DNA of 64,000 nt from contig OZ360221.1 of the NCBI GenBank assembly GCA_977017645.1, forward strand, positions 120,962,001 to 121,026,000. Direction: 5' to 3'. The notes under the pieces were generated by a model that was not told the DNA's origin, searched no databases, and saw only the letters and a program-made list of their open reading frames with translations. Position numbers and translations under genes: made by a program. Source of the stretch: Torpedo marmorata (Eukaryota). This document shows positions 1 through 11,663 of this stretch, piece by piece (the stretch's first letter is position 1; every line of letters starts with the position of its first letter).

Positions 1-2362
1 AACAAGACCACATTAACAAAGACTGAAAAGCTGCAAGGCAGTTACAGCCTAATTTTCTTCTGGAATAATGTGCCCAAGTTGAAATAGATAAAAACGTCTC
101 TCTGCTTAACAAGAATTTCAAGACAAAACACTAAACTCTCCTTAATGAAAGATTGTTATCAGTTCAGGCCACAACTGTTTTAAGATTGCTTCATGTTATA
201 CATGTTGCAAAATGGCTGATGCTGGATGCCCTCCTAGAGAAAACTAGATTACTAAATGGGTATTACTAATGGCAGACAAAATCGTATCAACTTCAGTATG
301 CCAATAGCAGATACAGAACATGAGTGATAAATTAAATAACAATGGAGCACATTTTCAGAGACTTCAATTCCATTTTGAAACAATAGGTATCATTGGTTTT
401 GCTTTACCACAGTACATGGACTGAATCACAACCGGAAGACCATTGTCCAGATATACAGTGTACAGAACCACAGTTAAATAGAAGCTCATTGGAACTGGGG
501 ATGAGGAATCATCTTTAAATTCGGTATTATAAAAATTATCTCAAATAAATAAATGATGATATAATACACAGGCTGAATCTCACAATGATAAGTGATGTGC
601 CCTGCATGTGGAAACATATTTTATGGGTTTAATTAAAAAGTGGAACAGGCTGCTCAATGAATATTTTCCCAGTCATTTAATATTAGGAGCTCATTTTCAA
701 GTTCATATTATCATTCACAACAATGCAAGAAAATTGTTGAGAATAATTATTTCCGATATCACAAAATCATAGTTTTTTGATTCACAGACGCAATGGAACA
801 CAGTTCTAAAGTATGCTGCAAAAATACGCGATTCATGTTTAAAATACAACATTCTCCAGATTTGGTGTATTTTTAGATGCGTTCCTTTAATACATGTGAA
901 AGGATATTCTCAATGTTCTTTATTGCAAATCGTTCTTGACCTCTGAAAACTGACTTGCTTACAGTTTAAACCTTCCTGTCTAAACTGTGCTGTACAACTG
1001 CTCTCTCAGGTTTTTAGCCTGTCAGCAGCATTCAATCAAAAGGAGCTGAAGAATAACATTATATATTTACTAACAGTGACTGAAGTAATATCTAAAAAGA
1101 CCAGTGAAACTAACCAAGGCCTAACAAATGTTCAGAAGAAATAGTGTGATTGTCCATTGCAAAACATTTTTAAAAAAGAAATTACTTGGAATTCAGCAGA
1201 CAGAAGGTTTTCACAATCACAAGAGAGACAAAGTCTGTTCATTGTTGTTGATTAAATAGTATGGAATTTTTATATTTAAACAGACTGTTTAAAACCTTTA
1301 AGGTCAGAAAAAAATCCCCCAATCCTCACGAAGATAGCTGGGTAAGACGGGTCTCATATCCAGACTAAGCTCTGCTAAAATTGCAGCTGAACCGGGACTT
1401 CTGCTAGTATTATTAAAATGGCCCAGGAGCTGATGACTGGCTTTCCAGTTAATAAAAACCAGATGTTTTCCTTCTGCTCTGCTAACATGCACTCTCAGTT
1501 ACTTTGTTTCTGTAGAGCATGTTTTTGACTGCTCTGCTCTCAGATATTTTAAAAAGACAAAAAAAAGAAGAAAATTGATGCAAAAATTATAAAGATGATT
1601 GAAACAGTTCACATTTTACAGCTATATTTTGTCAATGCTTTATACACAGGACTGCAGGCACTGTAGCAGCCAGCACCAACCCAAAGCAGCCAACAGGGTG
1701 TAGGCTGAACACTCGCAGAGATCACATTCTCTAGAAATCGACCTTGAAGGGGAAAAAAACCTTGTAAAATGCTGTATAATAGTGAAGGAAATAAAGCCAG
1801 CTGGATTATACAATGAGTAAAGCCAGACCCACTTTCCAAAAGTGGTATGTAATATGTACTGTCTAAAAGAGTTGCCACTGGCAACAGGGAAGTAAATGCA
1901 TTAAAATTATAAATCAAATCAAAGTGTCACCAGCTGCGGTCAAATTTGTAGCAAAAAAAAAGCAAAGCGAGTAGGCCTTCTCGGCAGCTCAACTAACAGG
2001 TAAATGACATGTCACCCAAGGAATCAACCAGCATTTGGGATACTTCAATAAAGAAGCAAGTATTTTTTTTAAATCAGACCAAATGAAATCTTTCATAAAA
2101 AAGAGCAATTAAAAGGATTCAATTAGCTTCATTTAAAAAGTGTTAATCCAATAAACAGGCAATCTATAATAACAGACCTTCCTCTTTCAAGTACCTATTT
2201 AGACTAATAGTTTGCCTGCAGGACACTCTGTTCAGCAGAGGCAAAAACAGAACATAATTCACAGTCCTCTGTAGTTGACTTGGCATTCATCATTCAATAA
2301 GTTCATAATTATATGTGTACAGTGTAAAAGACACACACACACAGACTTTTTGCATACGATAC

Positions 2363-2437
2363 CTTTGTGTGGAGGTAATGAGGATAATAGTAAGTGTACT
2401 GAGGGTACATTGGTTGCTGTTCCAAACGTTTGCCCAT
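2363..2437 (-). CDS. RBMS3: First coding exon of RNA-binding motif single-stranded interacting protein 3 (MGKRLEQQPMYPQYTYYYPHYLHTK); rest of the gene lies left of the window
   Basis: ATG at 2437-2435, 25 codons, then a phase-0 GT donor (AAG|GTATCG). The peptide closely matches my recollection of the vertebrate RBMS3 N-terminus (MGKRLDQPQMYPQYTYYYPHYLQTK) and is less like RBMS1. Confidence 0.9.
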
Positions 2438-3100
2438 GTAGATGGAATCTTTATCTCCGATGCAGGGAACTCGCTGACAGCGTGTAGTGCCCCAGGCCCT
2501 TCTTCCTCTTAAACCACTATTCCTGACAGTGTCAATGACTGATGAGGCTTTCGGGACTTCTCTGCCTTCTGCTGCTTGCCAGTTTAAATACAGCTGAAAG
2601 ATTTTTTCCTTTGGATTCGGAGTTCTTTCGGTGCTTGTCCTTCCTTTATAAAAAGGGTATACAATCCTTGCTCTTTGATAAAAGTGTGAATTCCAAAATG
2701 TCAGTTGATACTGCCCTCAGCAACTCCAATTACTTTGAAAGATGAGGAAGATAATTTAGCAGGCTAAAAATCACTGCAGTCCCGGCTTCCTCTTAAGCTT
2801 TCCGTGCTTCCACCAGCCTTCCAGCCTTGTTGCTGCTATCTCCTTCACAAAGTGACATGGTGTTTAGGGCTTGTCTTGTCTTTCATTCAACCCCCACCCC
2901 CACCCCTCCTCCTTCTCCTTCTCGCTGGTGGGTGGGACTTCAGCAGCCTCTCCCTCGAGAAACAGACGCAGTCCAGAAGGCTGCAGTATTTCCTCCAAGA
3001 AATAGCCTGCATTCAGTCTGATGCAGGCAGGAGCCCAATTCATTCTGCCATATCACTTGAATGCTAAGCACTTTTACAATAGGCCAATCATAACTAGAAT
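2438..3100 (-). promoter_or_regulatory. Putative RBMS3 5' UTR and proximal promoter
   Basis: No upstream AUG on the minus strand from 2438 to 2855; CACCC/GT-box run at ~2890-2908; CCAAT at ~3084; no recognisable TE. TSS not determinable. Confidence 0.5.
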
Positions 3101-3605
3101 AATGAAGTACCAAAGGCGACAGACATTCAGTACTCCCAAAAAGTTTCAGCTTTTGTGGATTAAATAAACCCCTGATCAGTTACATGTTGGGCAAAACGGT
3201 GTTACTTTGAATTAAGTTTTGTTTAAAAATAAAGTGATCTTTGTTTCCAGTGACTCTCATGACTTTTCTGGCTTCATTCTGTTTTCTCTGACATACCAAT
3301 AAAATAAATAACCTGGAACGCAGCCGGGCCTTGTATTCATTGAAGATTGTGATCTAAACACGAGGGAAACTAAAAAATATCCTTTGAGTTGAGGAGAAAC
3401 CAATCTTTCCAATTTATATTCACCCATGATCTGGATTTAAAATGTAGATTGCAGGAATATTTGACTGAAATAAAGCAAAAATGGTTGAATAATAATTGAT
3501 TTATTCTGCTATGGAATATGTGGAATTTGAATTTTCTCTTCCTGACTAATCATTTTCATGAAGTATTTGACGTAAATGTAAAAGCTTTATATTTATCTGT
3601 TTAAA

Positions 3606-3968
3606 TCAGGTATATAAGATTAAGAGGGGCTTGGATAGGGTGAACAGCCAGCACCTTTTTCCTGGTGCGACAATAGCAAATACCAGAGGACACCTATTTA
3701 AGGTAAGTGGAGGAAAGTTTGTGGGAGATGTCAGAGTAAGTTTTTTTTTAACACAGTGAGTAGTGGGTGCCTGGAAAGCAATGCCGGGGTTGGTGGAGGT
3801 TTGAGGCTGGTACAATTCAAAAGACCATTAGATAGGATGTATGAAAAATAGAGGGCTATGCATTTGAGGTAGGGAAAAATTAGATTGTTGTGGGATAGGT
3901 TTACATAGGTTAGCACAACATTGTGGGCTGAAGGGCCTGTACTGTGCTGTAATGTTCAATGTTCTGTG
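3606..3968 (+). mobile_element. CR1 LINE 3' fragment
   Basis: Degenerate ORF2 end (VYKIKRGLDRVNSQHLFP...TRGHLFKVSGGKF) plus the CR1 3' UTR motif GGGCTGAAGGGCCTGTACTGTGCTGTA. Confidence 0.8.
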
Positions 3969-6062
3969 TTTTGAAGCATCAGGCTAAATAAAAAAATTAC
4001 TTCTCAAAATAATAGATGTCCAATGGATCCATGATGTTGAAGAGATTTTGACTTGAAGCATTAACTCTGTTTCTCTTCCCATGGTTACTACCTGATCTGA
4101 TTGTTTTCCAGTATTTTCTCTTTATATTTCAGATTTCCAGCATCTGCAGTTTTGTTTACACGAAACATCAGTCTTATTGGGTATTTATCCATTATTTTGA
4201 AAAAGGAAGTCAACATTTGAGGGAAATATCCAAGGAATTTCAATGCAAATCCAGAGCAACCACCTGGTAAAGGCCAGAGAATTCTCATGTACATGACCAG
4301 GATCGAGAAGGTATTTCTGATTTCCCATCTTGCACCCTCTCCAAGTAGTTACATTGTGATGCGTTATGAATGGGCATTAAACACATAATCACAGTCCTGC
4401 AGTTGGTCTAAGAAACAAAATATTATCACTTTCCACCAACTAACAAACCGATCACATACTTAATAGAGAAGACCAAGTGATCTCAATTGCACCTGTATTT
4501 TGCTCTTGCCATACTTCTAGTTAATCAGCTTTAGGTAGCTGTTGGGTGCACCAGAAAGGAGACGTGATGAATCAAATAATTTTCTAGTCACACACAGTTT
4601 TTGGCGGTTCAATTGAAATAGTGAGGAAAATGGTGCTCACATAGGAGAAGGCTGTCATTGGCTGGAACTGGTCAACAGCTCAATTATCTACATCACTACC
4701 TATTACAATTGACTGGGGAAGCAGACAACTAGTAATGGCTTCGATGAAGGTAATTCTGCCAAATACATATTTTTAGAGATACTGGATTGCTTACATTTTC
4801 AGAATTTTAAAGGTTACTAGGCTCTGTCCTCATTGACCTTACAAGAATAACACAAAAATGGTTGTTAAAAAGATTGCTCAGCTTTCAAGAAATAAGGAAA
4901 TTAAAAATAAATCATTCAAAAACTGATTTTGCTCCTTGAACATCAATAATGCTGATTAATTTAAATATGTCGTGCAATTCAACTATGAAGGAAGCAAACA
5001 CTGCATCATTATGGAAGTGAAAACAAAAAAAAAGTATGATTGGCATTCTTGCATGACACATTTGGCATCAGTTTGCCTCATAAATTTAGTGAGACTCTAA
5101 TAGTTAACAGGCAATTTACACGTAATTGTTGCTAAAAAAAATAAAACAGATTTCTACTGTCATTTGTGCTAAGTAGTTGATAACAATATTCAGATGCAGA
5201 AGTCTTGCAATACAACACAATAGAAATTGATACCAATCAGGTGAGTATCAAAAAGGAGGAGCTGTGGATTATGACAAATAATTCACAAACAATAAAATCC
5301 AAAGTCACAGCACTCAGTAAAATGTAGGTCACCTCTGCATATCTAGGTCATTGTTTTCTGTTTGGACCACACAACAATCTTCAGAACAAACTACAAATAA
5401 TTATTTTAAATATCTGGTGATGATTATGCAAATATTTGACATGTTTACCTTGATTTCATTATGATTTTCCCCCACAGTCTCCTACATTTTAACTGAAATT
5501 CATCAACTAATCAAACAAAAAGAAATCATGGAGATGGTATAATTACACAGAACAAGCTTACCAAAAATAACTACCGGTACATACTTTTTCTCTCCTCAGC
5601 CTCACTGGGTTATCCATGGATGTGGAGAAATTGTTATGGAGAAAGCAGCACAGACTCCAACTTCCAATCTGGCCACTAGCAAAGGATACTCAGGTCTCTG
5701 CAGTTGGTTTCTTTCTTATTTTTTAAATCCAACTGTGTTGCACCCACTCCTGTGGTGCTACAAAGTGAGAGTCAAGAGCAAATGAAATCTACAGGTAATG
5801 TGAGGCAAGAGGACAGTGAATGAATATGTTCAATTAATTCATACTACTTTTTGCCATTTTTACACCAGTTCTCATTTGTCTCCTGTGGTGATATCAAGGA
5901 GACAAGACCAATATGATAAATTAGGTCAAGAATGGCTGGTAAAAGGATAATAGCATAAGGAAAGAAAGATAGGAGAAGTAGATAAGACTGGATGAGAATG
6001 GAGTGGCAGAATTGAAGTTAATCCGAAACAGCAAGATGAAGTATCTCCTCCACAATCTCCAT

Positions 6063-7095
6063 CAGTACCACAGGGCTGCGTTCTTAGCCCCCTGCCTGTT
6101 CTACTTATTTTACACCTACGACTGTGTGGCTCGGTACGACAATAACACCATCTACAAATTTGCCGACGATACCACGGTAGTGGGTTGTATAAAGAAAGGT
6201 GATGAGTCAGCATTCAGGAAGGAGATTGAAAACTTGGCTGAATGGTGCACCAACAACAACCTTGCACTCAATGTCACCAAAACTAAGGAGCTGATTGTTG
6301 ACCTCAGGAAGGGAAAACCAGAGGTATACGATCTAGTGATCATTGGGGGATCAGAGGTGGAGAGGGTGAGCAAATTTAAGTTCCTGGGAGTCACTATCTC
6401 GGAGGATCTTTCCTGGACCCAAAAAATTAATGGCATCATGAAGAAAGCATGTCAGAGCCTCTACTTCCTCAGGAGCTTGCGGAGGTTTGGTATGACAGCA
6501 GAAACCCTGGCAAATTTCTACAGAGGCGTGGTGCAAAGTGTGCTGACCGACTGCATCATGGTCTGGTATGGGGATAACAATACCCCTGAGCGTAAAGCCC
6601 TGCAAAAGGTAGTGGACACAGCCCAGGACATCACAGCAAAACCCTCCCCCACCATCGACAACATCTACAGGGAATGCTGCCGTCGGAGAGCAGCAGCAAT
6701 CATCAAGGATCCAGACCACCCAGCACACGCTCTGTTCTCGCTGCTGCCATCAGGAAAGAGGTATAGGAGCCATAAGACTCGCACCACCAGGTTCAGTAAC
6801 AGCTGCGACCCCTCCACCATCAGACTCCTCAACAATAAACTCAATCAGGGACTCATTTAAGGACTCTTACTTTTGCACGTTACTGATTTTTTTAAATTCT
6901 CTCTGAATTGCACAGTCAGTTTTTTTACATTTGTTATCTGTTTACAGTTCTTTATTTGTTTACATGTATACGCTGTGTACAGTTTTTTTATTGCACTACC
7001 AATAAGTAGTAATTCTGCCTCGCCCACAGAAAAAGGAATCTCAGGGTTGTATATGATGTCATGTATGTACTCTGACAATAAATCTGAAATCTGAA
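6063..7095 (+). mobile_element. Rex1/Babar non-LTR retrotransposon, 5'-truncated
   Basis: ORF 6003-6860 has [19 protein letters not shown] and C-terminal [18 protein letters not shown]; ends CAATAAA plus (ATCTGAA)n tail. Confidence 0.88.
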
Positions 7096-7292
7096 AAGTA
7101 GAGAATGAGTAGAGTAGGCAAGGAATGCAGGGAGGGATGGGGTTGGAGGAAAGAGGAAAAAAAAGGAATGAGGAATAGGTGAGAAAGATAGAGATGGAAT
7201 TGATAAAGGAGAGCATGTGAGAGAATAAGGATGTTAGACAGGAAGTGAGGTTAAACCAAAATATGTGGTAAAATGGATTAAAAAATAATTGT

Positions 7293-8488
7293 ATTTGTAT
7301 GATTAGCTCAATACTCCATCACAGCTGTTGTTTTAGCAGCAAATATGATACTGCACAGTGAAAACTTACAGAAAGTTAAACATTGTTACCTTCCAAGATG
7401 AAATAATGTGAACCAATTGTTGATTTTATTTCTAAAATTCAATGGTATAATAATAATTGCATTGCAAAATATGACAATCATGGACATCTACATGAGGCAG
7501 TGTCTTAAAAAAGCAGCCTCGATCTTCAAAGACCCCCACCACCCAGGCCATGCCCTCTTCACTCTGCTTCCATTGGGAAAAAGGTACAGGAGCCTAAAGA
7601 CGAGCACTCAACGGCACAAGGACAGCTTCTTCCCCGCTGCCATCAGATTCCTGAATAATCAATGAACCAAAGACACTGCCTTACTTTTCGTGCACTATTG
7701 TTTATAATTTTTTATAGTAATGTCGTTAGATGGTTAATATGAATGTTAATTGCACTATGATGCTGCCGCAAAACACCGAATTTCATGACTTGTTCATGAC
7801 AATAAATTCTGATTCTGATTCTGAAGTGTAAGTAGAGATAATTTTGTCCTAATGTGGTAATGTGGGATATTGAAGAGAGTTATGTTTTCAGAACCAAATT
7901 GTTTCTCTGTTTTGGAAGTTACATCTGGTGAAGTAAACCTTGGCTGGTCAGCACAATAGTAAACAGCAGGGCAAATGAGAGGAGAAAACATAGACATGAG
8001 GGAACTAAAGGGGTGGAGAGGGTGAGAAAGTGCAGAACCTGGCAGTGGTCAAAACCATGGAGGGAGAGCAAGAGCAATATTTTATTGACAAAATGAGGGT
8101 CAGAAGAGAACTATGTGGGGCTGGGTCTCCAAAAGAGATTGATTTCCTTTCAAAACTAATTAAAATTCCTTCCAACCTCTCCTAAAACATGGTTGAATGC
8201 TGACATTACAGAGTAAGGCAATTCTACAGCAACATTAGGTGGCCAAAGCTTGCAACTGCAAGTAAAGTCATTTGTATGATCAGCTCAATACTCCATCACA
8301 GCTGTTGTTTTAGCAGCAAATATGATACTGCACAGTGAAAACTTACAGAAAGTTAAACATTGTTACATTCCAAGATGAAATAATGTGAACCAATTGTTGA
8401 TTTTATTTCTAAAATTCAATGGTATAATAATTGCATTGCAAAATATGACAATCAAGGAAAGTGTAAGTAGAGATAATTTTGTCCTAAT
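7293..8488. repeat. ~220-bp local direct duplication (7293-7853, interrupted by Rex1, and 8270-8488)
   Basis: ATTTGTATGA..GCTCAATACTCCATCACAGC...GACAATCA and AAGTGTAAGTAGAGATAATTTTGTCCTAAT occur in both copies. Confidence 0.9.
7481..7823 (+). mobile_element. Rex1/Babar short 3' fragment (same family as 55107-56750)
   Basis: Near-identical to 56411-56750; tail AATAAA(TTCTGA)n. Confidence 0.85.
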
Positions 8489-8619
8489 TTATCAACATGC
8501 TATGAAGCTAAAGTATGAACAACAGCAGAAAAATATAAATTTTGTGTGATAAAGTTTACCTGGACTGGCTCTGTTCTGGAGGCCGAAGCTGTAAAATTTG
8601 TCAGTGTTGTGATTTTCTG

Positions 8620-9000
8620 GGTGAAACACGAAAGTCTGCAAACGCTGTGATTGTATTAAAGCACACCGAAATGCTGGAGGAACTCAGCTGTTCTTTTCGC
8701 CGTCCATAGGAGAAAAAGATATATTGCTGATGTTTCGGGTCTAGCCCTTTCTCAAGGAATAAGCAGAATGAGCCAGAAGCAGGAAGTCTCAGAAAGTCTC
8801 AGAATTCAGACAATGCTGGTTGGGGGAGAAATCCAGACCAACAAAAGGTGTTAGTAAAAAACACAAATGCTGGAGAAACTCAGCAGGTCAAACAGTGTCT
8901 TTTATGTAGCAAAGGTAGAAATACATAACCGACATTTCGGGCTTGAGCCCTTCATCAAAGTATGAGAAAATGCCGGCAGGCGTCCGAACAAAAGAGTGAG
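8620..9000 (-). mobile_element. Two tandem Penelope-like terminal-repeat fragments with hammerhead-like motif
   Basis: 8856-8995 is nearly identical to 46672-46810, the end of the Penelope remnant; contains TTGATGAAGGGCTCAAGCCCGAAA on the minus strand. Confidence 0.7.
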
Positions 9001-9439
9001 GAAGGTAGTACAAAATGGCAGTCCTGTCAATAATTTAGTTATATTAGAATTCATGGTAATTATGATAAAAGGATGGAGACACTTTTAGCATTATCGGAGT
9101 AGAGGGTGAAGGCCAAAAATGCTTGGAATGAAACTACACATAAATTCAAAAAGATAACCTGATAAGTAGAAATAGGGTCGAATACTTCGGCGACATTGGC
9201 CAAATTATTTTGACATTGTGTCATACGTGCATTATTATGCACATATATAGTCTGTGAAGAACTCCTGAATGAATAGCAATACCTTGTTTGAGCTCATATG
9301 CCCTTTTCAATACTCTGCACTGTATTGTGTTAAATATTAAGAACTCACGGAATACAGCATTCACTTACCAGCATAGTGTTTGGCTAATTCAAGAAAAGAA
9401 TGTTTGACAATTAGGACCAAAAACAAAAAAATGTATGGA

Positions 9440-9720
9440 GTACCAGGGTAGCTGTGATCCTTGTCTTCCCATGTGGTTCTGAGATTCAGACTATTGTACA
9501 CAAGGCATTGAAGAGAAACCACAACTACCATTTCCACAAAATCTTCCAAATCCATTGGAAGATCAGGCAAACCAACATTGGCATCCTCTCCCATGCCAGC
9601 ACTGAAACCTAATTTCACCCACTTGACTCTGCTAAGTGACACAGAATGGATTCAGGAGGCCATTAAGAACCAAAGTACACAGAGAGAGAACACATTAGAT
9701 GATCTTAAACTGTAGAAAGA
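9440..9720 (+). mobile_element. Highly degenerate RTE-like LINE remnant
   Basis: Reads HKIFQIHWKIRQTNIGILSHAS, similar to the RTE C-terminal motif LRKIL.I.W.DR.TN..VL. Confidence 0.4.
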
Positions 9721-10176
9721 ACATCAGCTCACTGGTTAGCCATTGCTTGTTCCATGAGGCAAAAGCATTCCCAAGCAACTGCCTGATGAACATTCTGTAT
9801 ATTGGCAACAAATATGCAATGACAAAGAATGGTAGCTCTCAAAAGTGGTCAACGCATCAAGGATGATAAGGACTTAATAGGAAGAGCAGAAAAATTGCAA
9901 AATCATTTCAACTCTTGGCTGTGGTCTGTGTAAAATTATAGGTTTACAGATGCCCATCAGGATTACATTATGAAGAATCCATTACAAACAGACATTCATA
10001 CTCTCCAAGTGGTAGAAGTCCCCATCATAGTAGTTAGAGCTGTGTAATAAAATCCAATTTTGAGGTCAATGGATGAATATTATGCCATTCTGCAAAGGTC
10101 CAGTTGTTTCCACTGCTATGGAAGGGAAGTCTGGAGTGAATCAATCTTGTTATGTCCTTTAAGTAGATGAACTGAT

Positions 10177-10510
10177 TCTCATGAGCAGGATTGAAGAAAA
10201 TCCCAAGGCATTTTATATTGACATTAAAAACAAGAGGATGATGAGGGAGAGGATAGGACCACTCAAGGGCAAAAGAGGGAATTTATGCTTGGAGTCAGAG
10301 GAAGTGGACGAGGTACTAAATGAGTACTTTGCATCAATGTTTACCAAGGAGAAGGACGTGGACAGTGATAGGGAGCATGGTATGGAGAATTCTCATGTGT
10401 TAGAACACATTGAGATCAGGAAAGAGTGGTGATGTGTCTTTTGAGGAGCATTAAGGTGGATGTCCCCTGGCCAGATGGGATATATCCTAGATTATTGAAA
10501 GAGGCAAGGA
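10177..10510 (+). mobile_element. CR1 ORF2 internal fragment
   Basis: ENPKAFY..IKNKRM.RERIGPLK...EVLNEYFASMFTKE...PDGIYPRLLKE. Confidence 0.8.
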
Positions 10511-10639
10511 ATTTGTGTGCCAACTCTTGCATGGGTTCATATGATAGAGATAACCTGTTAGATTACTTGCAGAAGAACCACTTTCACTGTACTAAGTATA
10601 ATGTGATGAATAAACTGAATCAAGAAACTTAAAAAAGGA

Positions 10640-11590
10640 CAGTTTCTTTCCTGCCTTTATCAGACTCCTGTGCACCTTACAACAGTAAAGTTGTGTTGCT
10701 TTTGTTCAGTACCATGTGATCTCGATCTCTCTGTAACTCTGCCCTTCTGTACTGTGCCTTACTTGTTGTACTATGTATGGGATGTCTATCTGGACTGTAG
10801 ACTTTATCAATGCATCTTGGTACAGGTGACAATAACCTTGAACGTGAATATAGAAGGGAGATTGAGGGACTAGTGGCCAAGTGTCAGGACAACCACCTCT
10901 CCCTCGATGTCACCAAGACTAAGAAACTGGTCACAGTCTTTCAGAAGCGGGTGGAGCTCATCCACATCAATGTCATCATAGTGGAGACAGTGGACAGCTT
11001 TATGTTCCTCAGCATAAACACCTCCAACCACTTCTGTTGGTCCAACCACGTCAACATAATGGCCAAGAATGAGCACCAATGCCTCTACATCCTCAGAAGC
11101 CCAAGGAATCCAGCATGCATCCCTCAACAACTTCTATAGATTCACCTGCCAGGATGCATCATTGCATGGTATGGGAACTGCTCCACCTAAGACCACAAGA
11201 AGGTGTGAAGTGTTGTGAACTCAGCTTAGTCCATTGTAGAAATCCCCCTGCCCTCCACCAATTCCATCTAAACTTCCGACTGCCTCAGAAAAGCAACCAA
11301 CATATTAAAACATTTATTCCACCCTGGACCACATTTTTCCATTTCCGCCAGTCAGAAAGAAGATTCACAACCATGAGATCACATACCACCACATGAAAGG
11401 ACAGTTTCTTTCCTGCTTCACGAGCAAAATAATTTTGCCTTTGCTCAAATTTCACTAACCTCTCTGCATCTCCGCACTCTGGGACGTGTTTTTACTGCTC
11501 TATAATGTATGGGTTGACTAGCTGGACTGTTCATAAAACAAACTTTCTCACCATACCTGCGTGCACGTGACAATAAACTTGAAATGATAA
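10640..11590 (+). mobile_element. Degenerate Rex1/Babar fragments
   Basis: YRREIEGLVAKCQDNHLSLDVTKTKKLV...; ends GTGACAATAAACTTGA. Confidence 0.7.
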
Positions 11591-11663
11591 ACATCCAACA
11601 TGTAATGATTCCGATAAGAGTCAAGATGAGAGAAAGCACATAGTCCAGAGATGGATAATACAT

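Noticed and set aside
2275-3067. Plus-strand ORFs, including a signal-peptide-like 67-aa ORF at 2542
   Set aside because: Short, with no recognisable homology, and antisense to the RBMS3 exon and leader.
8555-9375. Possible upstream non-coding RBMS3 exons (minus-strand donors CAG|GTAAAC at ~8560 and CTG|GTAAGT at ~9367)
   Set aside because: Donor-like words alone are expected by chance; there is no transcript evidence or recognisable coding match.
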